Shown here in pieces: positions 38,853-53,027 of a stretch of DNA of 64,000 nt. The notes below the pieces were generated by a model, which had not been told where the DNA came from, did not search any database, and worked only from the letters and a program-made list of their open reading frames with translations. The position numbers and the translations under genes are program-made. Source of the DNA: Antedon mediterranea. Taxonomy: Eukaryota; Animalia; Echinodermata. The stretch is taken from NCBI RefSeq assembly GCF_964355755.1, contig NC_092680.1, positions 19,043,045 through 19,107,044 of the forward strand, given 5' to 3'. The stretch's first letter is position 1. Every line of letters starts with the position of its first letter.

Positions 38853-40728
38853 GTTAAATTATTGTTATAAGATGGATTGTGTCAATCAAAATTGTGCTTA
38901 AAGATTAAATCGACCTAAACGATCTCTGACCAACCCTAATTTCTCTATAAGAATGGCATGTCTATCTTGTCAGAATAAAATGTGTTTGAGATTTAAACTA
39001 CCGGTGATACTTAGAATTGTAAGAGAGAAAAAATTGTCTTACTGCTATTTTGGGCATATTTTTACACGTTTTGTACATATGAAATTTAAATCACCGCACA
39101 AAAAACGAAGGAAAAAAAGATCAATTGCAGTGGTGACTGGTTTACCATTTTCCCTTTTACACTCTTTAATAAGTAGGCCTAACTTGTCCATGTTAACTGA
39201 AATAGACTTTGACGAGTTAGTTATCCGCACGACAAACGCACGTGCACGTGCGCTAGAAAATTCGAACAGAAACATATGAGATAGTTATAATTTATTTTAA
39301 CATAATAATTACAGTAACTGAACTCACCCTTTAAGCATCGTTCAGCGGTTATAATTATTGTAATGAAACCTATTGGAGAAAACAAATATATGACGTCATA
39401 CAGTCCAGATAGCTATGGATTGACCAAAGATTGGCACTTTACTTTACAAAAGTGTATTAATATCGTATCCCGCACGGCCAGGGATTGTGCATCAACACCA
39501 GGGATAGTGTAATTACGTAACTATTCCCGTCATTCATTCTGTTTATTGTTATCATATGAAAAATTATGGAATGATTAATTTCATTGTTTTTAAATTAAAT
39601 TTTGTGAATTTTAAAGTAAACGTGGGTTTACTGTTTGAATTTAGATATAAAGCATGATTTCACACGACTCTTATTCGATGTGTAAACAAAACTATTATTG
39701 TGATGATGGACGATGCTATACGATGCATACTGTTCCAATGCCTCTTCCACTCTCAAAGAGGGTAAAGGCAGGAAGAGTGAAATACCCTGGTAAAGGTTAT
39801 TTTGCTTGCCAAAGGCCGATCTCTTCTCCCTTCGTGGACCCAGTGTGTCCACCTAGATCCCCCCATCCCCACATTGATAGGCTTGATATTGCTGAATTGG
39901 TTGCTTTGTAAAGTTGAAATTATGAGTAATAAAGAGGGCGCCATCACATATAAATTGCGTAATATTGCTGCATTACATTTTTTGTTATTTCACATTGATT
40001 TAGTCATCGTTTATAACTTTACAATTTCAGTATATAATTGATGGAAAAGAAGTTTACAATTCTGTTTTCGCAGGACCTTTTTACATAAAAACATAATGTG
40101 AGATTTTAACTGTAAAAACAATATGGATAGAAACCATTATTTTTTGTCGACACGTCCCTTCTGTGTGGGTGGGATTGAACCTATGGGCCCAGGTTATTTG
40201 TCTGCGAGGCTCGCCACAAGTTTCAGTCGCTAATGAAAGATGATAATGATGCTATAGCTAGATGCTATAGATGGTAAGAAAGTATAGACGGTAAAATAAG
40301 AGGGGGTCCCCTAAACTTTATCATCACTCTTACACCATTTACACATTATTTTCAGATTATCACTGACCGGCTTAGATGTTCTCGTTTTTTGTATAAATTC
40401 ATTATTAACTGTATATAAAGAGTGCAGTATGGAGTATTAGTGCCTAAGCTGTTCTACGACTCGACAAGTACTTTCACCGATCTTTGTAGGCGAGTCTCTA
40501 GAGAGTAGGCTATTTAGGGGAAGTTCAGCAATATAATTAACCACTCGTCAGGGGGTATAGGCTCAGCACACCAACGGCTTTACATAATGTTGATTACTGC
40601 TATGTTTTAATTAGTCAGTTTCTGCCAGGGAGATATGATTTGATACCGTCTTTAGGGATAGGGTAAAACCTGACTGGCGACACGGCGGGTGACCTCTCCG
40701 GGAGCTTATTATACTATTTCTAGCGTAA

Positions 40729-40831
40729 AGGCCAATTTACACAGACGAGTGGTAGCTTGTCCCACGTAGAATTTAGGGCCTGCGGCGCACGGAAGCCACC
40801 CATCCGCTCCGCGTTTTGTGTAAATAGTCAT
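40729..40831. mobile_element. Degraded ~100-bp TIR element related to the 16390 element ends
   Basis: AGGCCAATTTACACA ... TGTGTAAATAGTCA with TAA near both ends. Confidence 0.5.
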
Positions 40832-42301
40832 AAGGAATAACAAATTCTATATTGTAGTCTAGCAAGTTTAGTCTCGTAATTACTGTTTCTAGGTATTTAA
40901 TTGATGAAAATTTCCTTTTTTTAATTGACGTCATTACTAAAGAATTTAAAAAGTTTAAAATATTGATTTTAAAGTTTTGATTTTTGCCAGATATGTTTAA
41001 TTTGCGTAGCGCCCTCAACAGTTGTAATATCTCCTGCGCGTTCTCATTCTGACATGTTAAATATTATGCCCAGCGCCCTCTTTTTCGAAACTTGTATTAT
41101 GTAATTTTCAGTGAACCCCTGTGTCTTCGCGTTGTTCCATACAGTATTTAAAACAGATATATTATTTGAACACATCAAGTGCAATTATCCAGTGTTTCAA
41201 TTTGCAAAAAAATGTTGTTAAACTTCTGTCAAACGTTCTGATGATTTACGACAACCATCTTGTGGTTTGCTTCTCTGGACCTTTTTCCAGATGGCAAAGT
41301 CGTCAGAGTGGCTGTGTCCACGGCTCGTCTGATTAATTTGTTTTTCCAAAGCGCTCTAATTTGTCACTCGAACAAGTTAACGCCGGTTTAAAGAGGAGAT
41401 GTGGGATTTACTGTAGAGATCTATATACAAATGTATTTTGTATTTTATTTAAAATTGTATGTTTTCTTTCTTTCCCTGTATTGTACTATTTCACACTTCT
41501 GTCTCAGATAACATTATTTATTAAAATCTTTAGAATAAAAACTCTCCCTTTAAAGCTCAGATACAGGCATGAATTTTAAATATAATATTTGGTTAATTGT
41601 AGATAAATCAAATATTTGTAACAGAAATCAAGACGAAAAAAAATTAATTTCCCTTAATTTGGTCAAATACAAAATTTGGCAAAATTCTTCCATAAAAACC
41701 AGGAAGACTTTTTTTCAGTAGTTAGGTAGTTAACCAAATGTAATAACATGTCTGGTGACTCCCTAGACGGTGAAAAAAGATGGTGGATATACGGTGGATA
41801 ATTTTTGCTATAGCATGAAAATAAAAATCTGAAGTTAAATAAAAATATCAGAAATGTAATATTCAAGTTATATTATCTATATTTAGTCATCTGATAACAT
41901 TTTTTACCACACCGTTTATTTTTCATAGCTATTTACAAAATATGTGTACAAAAGAATAGAGATTTTACTGTGTAATTTGAACTATTACTACTACTAACTG
42001 ATAAGAAAGTGCTTATTTTCAACAAGCTTGTGTAACATAAATAAAATCCCAAAAATTATGAAACATAGGGGAAACTATAGATCGATAATTATTGGATTGT
42101 ATGATCAATAAAAATGTTTTGCCCGTACCTGGCCTTTAAATGGAAAATACTCTGTTGTAGTTCCATGTAGTTTATGGTGTTCATTTAAATTATTATATAT
42201 ATTATTATATTTGTATTATAACTTCAGCTGTATTTTCTTTGAGACTTTGAAATTAAATAAGTGGCTCATTCGAACTCCTTATATCTCTCCCATCTTATTG
42301 C

Positions 42302-42467
42302 TTTTTATTTATTTATTTATTCTTTATAGTAATTAATTTATGCTGAGTAGCCTCTTCAGAGGGCCCAACGATGAGTTTGTGACAGTGACTGTATGTGAAC
42401 TAATACACCGGGGTAACCCCTTACTCGTCTCGAAAGATTTTCTTAACCGCTCGGCCACTCACTCACC
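42302..42467 (-). mobile_element. Internally deleted copy of the same SINE
   Basis: The 5' end GGTGAGTGAGTGGCCGAGCGGTTAAGA is joined directly to TCTTTCGAGACGAGTAAGGGGTTACCCCGGTGT; (TAAA)n tail. Confidence 0.78.
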
Positions 42468-44499
42468 AAAATACAAATTTAAAATTAAATAATCTTAAGC
42501 CCTAATTATCGACAAAATTTTACAGATATTTTACAAATATGATTTATTAAAATAATATTGCTGTTTCCTATGAGTTTGTATAAGGTCATGCTTGGTACCA
42601 GTATATGTCTTTACAAATGTTTCATTTATGTTAAGTCAATATTGGTGAAGAGAGAATTAAGATATTTGTATTTATATTTACGATTATCATGCTAATTATG
42701 TTATTATAAAAAGAGAACAAAAGTTTGACTGATAATGTCTTTTAGGCCACCTGTATTCGATCTCGTATATTTTTTTATGTTTACCACCCTAAATTTGAAC
42801 ACCCGCGTTATAACGTAAACAAATTATATACACTACCTAGATGTCTAGACCAACTTCGAAGTTGAAATAATTCGCCCCCAGGCTAGGCCCTAGGCATATG
42901 AAGCTGAGTTTTTTAGTAGAGAAAACCCCACCTAAAAACCATAATGTAATTCCGAGGACCTAGCAGCTCTATTTTTCAAAATTGTCTTATCTCAGTAGGC
43001 CTACCATGGTGGGCCGAAGTCCTATAATATATAGTTACGAATTTACAATTTTCACGCCCTCCCAGAAAACAACTAGCCTACGCCTCTGTCATTTTGCCCT
43101 GTGTGTCAATAAATTTGAATAAATACAGTTAAATAAACGTTATGATTATTCCAGATGTCTTGATATCGGTCTCATTACAATCGACATGTTTGTATTTTGA
43201 AACTTCCCTTATCATACCACAGTCGAGAAAAGTCGCCAATACACAACTCCATATTATCCACCACCAAAGTCGACAAAAGTCGACACTCTGACCCTATCCA
43301 AGCCAACCACTGACTGGAAAAGAAAAGACTTTAAGGTCAAAGGGTAAATTTGCTTTAAAATAAGGAACACCTGCCATATTTGTATTGCGTTACAACATCT
43401 GAAAGTATTTCATTAATTTCCTTTGAAAATAGATGATTTTGTTTTTAATTTGTCGTAATGATCTCACAAAAAGTACATAGAACTAATTTAATTAATTGAT
43501 GCTCAAAGGATTTTAGAGAAAATCTGACCATTCGGTATGAAGCTAGGCCAAGGCATGTGAATGATGTAGCGATAGAAATAATTCGCCTGCAAGAAACGTT
43601 CTTAGCCTTGCTTGAATGAAGAATGGATTGACATTGCTATCAGGATAATTATATATAGGCATAGGAAAACCGGACGGCAGGGCAAGTAGTTTATAACATT
43701 TTTGTTTTAGAAATATTTTTCCCTAAAACATGAACAAAAGAAACAGTGGTCTCATGGTGATTACTATTAAAACATATTGGTATAAAAGGGAACTTAATTT
43801 GCATAGTATTACAAGTGAAAATGAGTTTGTGTATGCTCGCTGTAGCCAGACCCTGCACGCGATCTGTCTGCACGCTTATGGTGGTCATAAGCCACTAGCG
43901 CCTGGTTGTTTCAATTAATGTTCGATCGATTCAATTTGTATCGATAGCGTTAAGTAATACTACTATAATATATTAAGGCGCGGTCTTAATCCTGACTGAC
44001 ATATATTAAGAGTCAATAGCGAGACAGCAGTACAATAATTAGGCTAAATATTTAGTTATTAAATCGCACGTGAGTTTGCTTAATCAATGTAATGTATCGA
44101 ATTGAATTCGTTGTCTCCGAGTGCAACAGCAGGGTGACAACAATTGTATAATTTTAAAGATTGCCAATTTCTCCTAGGGTAACTGATTCTATTCATTCTG
44201 TCCCAGTTTAAACTAAAATTATCCAGGGGTGTTTATTGCAGGTCACTATTTGTAAACACTTTTGTCTACCCAAGTTATACCTGGATTCTTTTGCATATTT
44301 ATCCAGGGACGTTTAATAGGCTTTATTTATAAACACGTTGTTATGGGTTAAGTAGAATAATGTATAAATAGGCATGTCACTAATTTATAGGAACTAAAAC
44401 GAAAGAACAACATGTGCACACATTCAACAAGATAGATTAGACAGCAGTACGGCCTTAAAGTATAAGACAAACCAATTGTCTATAGAAATAATCCTCCTT

Positions 44500-44845
44500 T
44501 GATTGGGACACCCCTATTCATTGACAACATCCAATGGGACACCCCCATGAAAAATCGATGATTATGTTTTCAGATGTAATTAAATCTATGCGGCTTGATT
44601 GGTTTGTTTAATCATATTTTTTAAATTATGTCACTGTGTATGTTAATTCCAGGGATTCACTCTTCCCAGTTGATACGGTAGAACACCTCATTTGGGACAC
44701 CCTTACTGTTCACGCGAAGGCTTTCTTTTAAAACGAAACGAGAGGCAATGCGATAACATTTTCACGGACATCCCATATTTAGGGAACATCCATGGGGACA
44801 CTTGATTGGGACCCAAATGTGTCCCCTTTGGGTGTTTCCACAAGT
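44500..44845. mobile_element. Degraded non-autonomous DNA-transposon remnants with GGGACACC internal repeats
   Basis: Repeated TGGGACACC(C) at about 44504, 44535 and 44693, GGGGACAC at about 44793, inverted GTGTCCCC at about 44819, and a TA-CGGTAGAACACCTC end at 44674. Confidence 0.4.
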
Positions 44846-46785
44846 ATGATGGTGAAGGTTCGTATGATTGTTTGCTTCATTTGTGCTGACGATGACGTCA
44901 ACGTTATTTTTTTTAAATAAATAACCGCATGGGGTTGAAACCAGATATATACCTCTGGATGTAGAGTGTTTTTCGTTACGCCATATTTACTTATGCATAC
45001 AATAAACAAGTACACATATTGCTTATTATTGTAATTGATATGTATTATTATTCACTTATTGTTATTAAACCATGAAGGAAATAATATTAGTTTAACTAAA
45101 CCGTTAGTCATTATGACGTATAATAGTTATTTCCATTTGGTAGGTGTTGCGTTATATGTACACTTTGATTGGCATAAAGCGTTTGCAACATCTGTGGTGA
45201 TTTGTTCGCGTGCCAACCGAGCGGCCAAAATCAATCACGCCGATAATCGAACACGGGATTTAATCGCATTAATACAAACAAATCGAAATTTATAAAACAA
45301 AAGTTATTTGTCTGCGATGGGCGAGGTTTGCATTCGACGGGTGTAAAATGTCGCCTAAAGCATGCGCAATTCATTGTTTTTATCCTCATTACCGATTTAG
45401 GCCTAATTCTATTTTCACAAAAAGGTTAAAAGTAGAAATCGACCGATCGATATCTGACCTGGATGGACTACCAATCAATATTATGAAACTCATCAATACA
45501 GTCTTTACACTTTCATTTACAACGAGTAATGAGTCCACAATTTTTTTACGACAAAATAATCTTCACTTGTAATAGTATTGTAAATGCAAATAGGCATGAC
45601 ATACCAGTCCGTAGTATGGTAAGGAACACGATACAAATCACCACCACAAACCGTACTTAAAATGGTTAAAGTCATAACATGGATGGATTGGTAGAAAGTC
45701 TAATTCGTCTATGTCGTAACACACATCCCAACAAGCACCATGCGATGATAGTATACCGCTAATTATGACGTTGTCCTTGTAATGGTTAATGATAAAATAT
45801 GATAGATAGCCATAGGCCTAATTAATGTAAATAAGAAAAAGTTCATTGTTAGACGTACGGTATACAGTTTGGAACAGAGAGAGGTCACCTTGTGAATCTG
45901 ATCTGCAATACTTTACACAGGGAGTTGTATTTTACTCCCTGCTTTACCAATACAATAGGCATAACGACCTCAGTCAATACCTTCCATTTTCTTTTGAGCT
46001 TTGTCAATTATTATAATTAATATTTGATTTATCAGCAACTTGTGTAAGTGCTAACACCAAATTGCCACATAATCAAGTGCCATAAGAAGTTTTTTATTAA
46101 AATGCCGTATGCCATATATTTAATTATATGCATTGTTATACTAAATAGCACTATTAGCATTATCAGCATTACTATATTATTTTTCCTAATTATGATTCAT
46201 ATTATTTACAATAATGGGTAGACGCGCGCGTGGGCATCGGTTTAATCTATTTAACCCGTTAAATGCGGCGTATAATCGATACCCCAAATAATTGATATCA
46301 TAACAATATCATAAAACAATCTTGTTTGTTATATAATTTTGTATATTATTTTTAAAAACAATTAAGTAATTACAACAGCTGTGCGGAGAATGCATGTCGA
46401 CAATCATTGCGGATGGCTTAAGAGTTGTACGACAAAGTACAATATATACGAATCGTTTATAATTAGTCATTATTTATAGGCTGTTTCTCTGGCACGAGCA
46501 CTGCTCACACCTAAACGACGGCAATGTACTTTATCCGTGACGTGTTTAGGCGGCTTTAGCTTGAGTCGCGGTGTCGCCGGCGTGAGCACGCCACTGTTTG
46601 TTCTTGGTTATCGGAGAATTATTAATAAATATTAGACTGTTTGATGAGATGTCAAAATACAAATTGCTGCAAAGACTATATGTTTTAAAATTGCACGGTA
46701 CGATTTTGCAAATTGCAGATGATGTTTGCATCTCACAATGTTTATGATATACTACAGTAAACCCCCCCCCCCACACCAGCCCCTT

Positions 46786-46925
46786 ACCCGATTTGTTGTA
46801 CTGTGTCAGTGTCACATTGTCACATGTGATACCTGTCTAATGGTATGGTTAGGGGATCCGTGTATGACACAAGCGTCACATGGTATACATGTGACACTGT
46901 GTCATATAATTCGCCTAGATACGGT
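46786..46925. mobile_element. Palindromic repeat family C (related copies at about 7872-7905 and 11192-11296)
   Basis: Shared CAGTGTCACA...TGTGACACTGTGTCA(C/T)ATAATT(C/T)GCCT(A/G)GA motif in three places; internal inverted arms. Confidence 0.6.
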
Positions 46926-49900
46926 ATTAAGATAGACCTAGTACCGTGACTCGTCTGAATCCCCAGGTCCGGTCGTTTTGTCACCATGTCATTACATCAT
47001 GCACTCTCTTCTCCCATATCAATCCACTTTATTAGTATCCAATTTCATTTTGTTATAAGGCAAGGCGTCAGCAAGATTTCTTTATATCCCACAAGGAGTT
47101 CACTTTCCCCAAATGCTTAACAATACGTTTTTGCCACAACATTATTTAGAGGGCGCTGAATACCTCAATAATGTTCAAGAGAAATAATGGTTTTCATAAA
47201 CAATTGTATTACATGTTCTACTTGGTGATAGTCGTCGGGGTCACGATATGAAGAATATACTGCACAGAACAAATTTCCGTTTGTCCCCATCAGTTTTCAG
47301 AGCATACGCACATTTGAAGTGTCCAAATCCACCGTCTCGTGTCAGCTACGCCCCCGCCTCTTTTCCCTTGCTTCCCCACCCCCATTATGTCGTTTCCCGA
47401 AATATATTATATATCGAAGCAATGTATCTGACATACATTTTACATCACAGTCAAGGTTTTTTAATGATAAAATATGTATTACAAGGCCAATAACATTTTA
47501 GGTTTACGGTAATGACATGAAATGCGGTACTGTACTATTTTAATTTCGGCAAAGCTGAAAGGTTTTAATGGATAGTTCGTGGCTGAAGACAATTTTCAAG
47601 GAGCCAATCATCACATTAATAATTGAAATAATTATGATGGGCCTCTGTGACAAACCTGGCGACCCGCGAATTAAAACGAACATCATCATAAACAGAATAG
47701 AAAAGGTCTCAAAGAACATTAAAGTGTACTGTACTATTGCATTATGACAACATTGGAATTAAATTATTTACACTTATTATTATAGGTTGATATAGTTTAA
47801 ATATTCTAACATTTTATGCTGGCTGTAGTTAAAATAAATACCGTGCAATTAGGTCGTTCGAACTTAATTACAATGTTCAGATCCAGAGTATCAATATTGT
47901 TTTGATCAAGTCGAACTGATTGTAACATTATTACCTTTCTTCTTGCCAATTTCAAATAGAAAATGCATGAAAATCGAAAAAAGTTCAATCAAATCAAACC
48001 CAGTTCCACAAAAAGGCCACTTTAAAGTTTTTATTTAAAATTCTTCCTTCGAAAACGATGTTATGAAAGTGCCTATATATACGAAGAGATTTTAAGGTTT
48101 AAAAAAGCATATGAATAAAAAAAAACACTATAGGCCTATTATGGATGTAGGCCTAACAAGAAATGGAGTATCATGAACTAAAATAAATATATTTTTATCT
48201 AGAAACTTTTATTAAAATAATCATCTAAACAACATAATGTACGAACTGATGATGTAATTACGTAATATATTTAAAGTTTAACTAAGAATGTAAAAAGGGC
48301 ACTGTACTTTAATATCGACTATACAATTACCGTAGGTAAACTGTCGCTTATTACGTAAGCTTCAGTAGCCATGAAGTCACCCAGTACCAATCATGACGGG
48401 GAAATCCCTCTTCATTTCTGCCTCAATTTATCATTACTTATTGACGCATCAGTAATGGTTAGTACTTGACGCCACGCGGACAGAACATTTTCATTTAGGT
48501 GATATAGGTTATCGATTGGTTTGTGTTTGGGTTTTTTCCTAGTAATACTAATAGAAACGATTCGTTTCGTAAGAGACTCAAAGTACAAGCGACCTTACAC
48601 ACATGAGAGATACGCCTACAAGAAAAATACTGTTTCTATATTATCATTTATCAATATTAAAAAGATCAAAGTTAACGATAACAACGTTATGCAATGGCGG
48701 TCGTTACGCAGAACTGACATTGTATGAAACGCTATATAAGTGTGTCCGAATAATCTACCTGGTCATTTCAGAGGTTTGATTTCTAGGTAATGCTGCTAAA
48801 TTGCATTAAGAATATTGCAAATATTATTAATTTTAATTAACTTAACAATGGACGACTTGACAACAAATAGAATAAGACATTTGATAAAAATTACATTTTA
48901 TCTTAGAATACAGTAAGTTCATTGGAAAAAGCTGAACACATAATGTTGCGATAGGCTTCCCTCATCAGTGATAATCTGATTGACATGACAATCACGAATT
49001 TCCTTTCTTTACATTAAATTTTAATTAATTTATAGTATATCACTGGGTTGTTTATATAATTGTGCTTGTCAATTTAGTTTTTCCATATCTGTAAGTTTAA
49101 ATATGTATATAGTAGGCCCCACACCAGATTACCTTATTGGCTTATTGGAATGTATTGTAAACATTGTAAGCTTGACAAAATCATTAATTAGGTAATTTTG
49201 AAAGACTTTTTCCAATCCAAATCTCTTTTAACCATGTTAGTGCCACTAGACCTATATTTAACATGGTTTTGGCGTCTTTGCACACATCTGGATAGCCACT
49301 GTATTCCATATAGGTTTAGTTTCTAGTAGGCCTAAGGCCTCAAGTTGACGTTTTAACAACAAATTCCACAAATTATGCTATCTTAAATATTTTCGGCCCA
49401 ATTTCCCGAGCTGTTGCCTCAAACAGTTTCACATGTTGACCAGTAATCGCTAATTTGTTCTCTAATGATTATGTTTAGGAATGTTGTGGTTTTCTTCACA
49501 GAGTTTTATGGGATCACTTTAAAGTTCGACATGGCTATTGGCTGGTTCCGTTTTCGAAACCAGCGCAATAAATCATAATCCGCACAGTGCTATACAAAAA
49601 CATATTCCTATAGAACAATAAAATACAGTTAACTTGAGAGGTGCCAAATCCCCTTACTCCAAACCACATTGGAATAGACCTATACATTTTTTTTTTAAAT
49701 CAAAAGAAAATCTAGAGTGTTATTTTTAACTGTTGAATTAGTATATATATTTAATCGATGATCCCTATTATAATGAGCCCGTGGATTAAGGTTCTCTCAA
49801 CATTGTTGTGAATTTAAAATTATCATAGATAAATTTTACTTGAAATTAAGTGACAATAGTACCGTATATTTTTAGTTAAATCAGTTTTTAACAATCAATA

Positions 49901-51845
49901 AATTCAATTCATCTTTTATTAAAACTAATTACATTTAAAAAAATCAAAACAAACAACGAGACACTTCGTTAAATTAAGTTATATCGTGAAAAGAACCAAA
50001 TGAATATAAAAGCCAAATATTTAAAATTAATTAATAAAGCAATTGAAATTGTTAATTAAATTATGTTAATTAACACTTTTTCGAATTTATAGATCGAAGA
50101 TAAAGCAAAAGCCGATTAGAATCTTGTAGCCTTAATGGGACACGAAGAGGATAGTTAGTAAGGTAAGGTATATTTCTATGTGTTTTTTTTTCTTTTCGTT
50201 AACGTCATGTTGCAATGATAACCGCTGTTGGATTTTAAATGAAGAAGATAGAAAATACTGTACTTTGACCACACACACGAAATAAATAATAATATACCGT
50301 TTATAGTAACCTCTTCAGCATCATTGTAGTTTATGGCGCGAACTCAACGGCAGACGATAGCTAACTGCACTCATCACCACCGCATTTGTGCCAATATTTC
50401 AGTTTGCTTTTGTGTACCACTTAGGATAATTGACAGGACATTTAACAAGTACTCAAAAGTGCTAAAGTGATCATTTACCTCTTTCAACGGTCAGGTAATC
50501 TTGCGAATTGAAGTTGCGGTCACTCGATCACTCATCTACAACCTTGTAATTATAAATCAGTGCCACAGTCCCGGGGACCCCCAGGGGAATGATTACTTAT
50601 TTCTCGAGTTTCCGTTATCCCATGGTAATTCTAGATCTACTTTCTGTCGTTATTTCGACAAGTGACTCTACAATTTGGAATATCTGGAATTAATAAAAAT
50701 AATTATAGTCGTGGAGACCATTGACCGCAAATAGAATCTCGAGTCTGACGGATATTGGGGGAATTAGTATCCATTTAGTGGATGTTTACAATAAGGGAAT
50801 CGTAATCATAAACACGAATAGTTATTCCGAATTATAGTTGAAATCCACTGGATTAGCACGGCGTCTTTTTAATTATCTGAATCTGAATAACAAAAAATAA
50901 ATTAATATGTTTGAACACCTTCGTCGAATTCTATACGCAACTATTATACGTGCTGATGTTACCGTACTTTTTTTCCAAAGTGAAATAAATAATAGGTGAT
51001 TAATTTACCACTTATATTCTCAAAATCTACCATATCTTTTTTAGGATGACGTAACACCATTCAACATAAGCGCAATACAAGCATAAGAAATATTACGTTT
51101 TTAATGAAGAAAATGTGCGCGTTCAAACAATGATGAAAATTGAGCAGTTCTTAGGCGCGCGCGTCGAGTTTTTGTCATCAAAGCCATGTGATCAAATTAT
51201 ATTCATACATATCGCCCTCTGTTGGTTGCAGTTTAGTTGTTTTGTATCAGCTGAGAAAAGGTGAGTAACCGCTAGTCATCCATGATAACAGATTCAACAT
51301 TTTTGCAATATGATGTCACACACAGCGAGTGAGTCACCATTGCCTGTCATTCTGTCACTTGTATAGCCACTTTGACCATCGATCTGCACATCTATTCTTG
51401 GTATTAGTAAATAAACACTGCCTCATAAATAACCTGAGCACAGCCGTTTAGCGGCCAAGTAACTGCCAAGAAAGAGAGTGGAGAAGGGAAGAAAACATAA
51501 TTGATTTATCAATAACAATATTTCTTTCCTCTGTGATAAATCAAAACAAAATTTAATATGCCAAGTTACACAGCAATTATTTTTTGTTTTGAATTATATG
51601 GCATATCGTATTATATCTACAGTATAAATCAATACCTGTAACTTATCGCGGCACACGAAAACAATTTTTTTAAATACTTACAAGTACAATTTTATGTTTT
51701 GTTCAATAATAACACGGAGCTACTGCAGAAAACGTTGTTAAATTTGAATTGTATGAGCTAGCCAGTCTTTTAAACGTTGTAACGCCATGTGTGGTACAAT
51801 TTCTGTAGGCTTTAGCTCGGTTACAAATAGAAAAAAAAATCATAT

Positions 51846-51903
51846 GCCACAACGCAGTGTATCGACGCACTTCCTTGCGTTGCGTCCTAGTGGGAACCAA
51901 GGT
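51846..51903. mobile_element. MITE family B right-end fragment
   Basis: ...ACTTCCTTGCGTTGCGTCCTAGTGGGAACCAAGGT|TTA. Confidence 0.72.
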
Positions 51904-52112
51904 TTAACTTTCTAAAATTACAAGTCTTCGTACATTTAAGCATAGCATATTTACATACGCTCCGGGCGTTGTAAACTTGTAGTAGTACCAGGGAAGGGTG
52001 ACATTTCCCTGGTAGTATTATTCTTTATAGCAATCAAAGGTAGCATAGAAGAAGCATCGTCATCATAGGTCTATAATGTACTGTACGATCAAAACTAGCT
52101 AGAAACATCGTC

Positions 52113-52206
52113 AGTAGGCCTCTACTCAGTGGTATGGGGCGCCATATACGGTATAGAGTAGGCCTACTACTCAGTGGTATTGGGCGCCATATACGGTATA
52201 GAGTAG
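52113..52206. repeat. ~45-bp tandem duplication
   Basis: AGTAGGCCT(A)CTACTCAGTGGTAT(G/T)GGGCGCCATATACGGTATAG occurs twice. Confidence 0.88.
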
Positions 52207-52916
52207 CACGAATCAGTTCCGTACCGTAACGGCTAACATGAGCACTTATTGATTAAACCCAGGGCCCCTCCCCAATGCAGAAACTACCCACCGTTATAGG
52301 GCCCCTTAAGTGCTAAACCAGGGGCACTGAGCTACTGCTTTGAAGAACTAAGTAGGCCTACCGTACCGTACTTTAGCATTAGAAACACTAACTACTTTAT
52401 AATATTAATTTATGATGGAGGCCTGGCTTACTGATAACATTCATGGAGTTACCGTGTATATAGGCGCTGCAAGACCTACGTGCGCCACAGCACATTGACA
52501 AACGATGAAAGAGCAAAAGTTGAAGACGTATTAAATATATCAGGCGATCGACCACGAAGAGACTGTGGCACAGGTTAACATAACCATTAGCCCTTATTTT
52601 GATTTGATGTTTTAGTTAACAGGAAGTGACAAGTATAAACACATACGTCTAATTAATTATGTGAAGACATAATATTGTTGAAGAATTAAGTATATTTTTC
52701 AATGCAATACGCACGTGTCAAGCAGTAAACAACGCGTTGCCGACTGAGTTGAAATACGACTTGAGATCGTGTGAACGTGCAGTCACGATCTTTCGCAGAA
52801 CGTTCTCATGATTTATTAGGTCATGCGCAGAAAGTGCATAATCAAAACACCAAAAGCAATGTCTCTGTCCATTGCTGTACGTAAAACGTGTACGTCGCGC
52901 GAGATGTTGTTGCTAA

Positions 52917-53027
52917 ATTTGGTTCCCACATTGACCCAACGCAACGACGTAGACGCACAACACAAGAAAGTGAGTTGACCAATCACAAACGATTGTTCTT
53001 TTTATCCATCGGTTTTGGAACCAACTC
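52917..53027. mobile_element. MITE family B degraded copy
   Basis: TAA|ATTTGGTTCCCAC...AACGCAACG...GAGTTGACCAATCACAAACGA...TGGAACCAA. Confidence 0.65.

Noticed and set aside
38953-39279. 108-aa ORF with a basic KKRRKKR NLS-like motif, divergent from NOL4
   Set aside because: The motif arises from A-rich low-complexity DNA and there is no recognisable homology.
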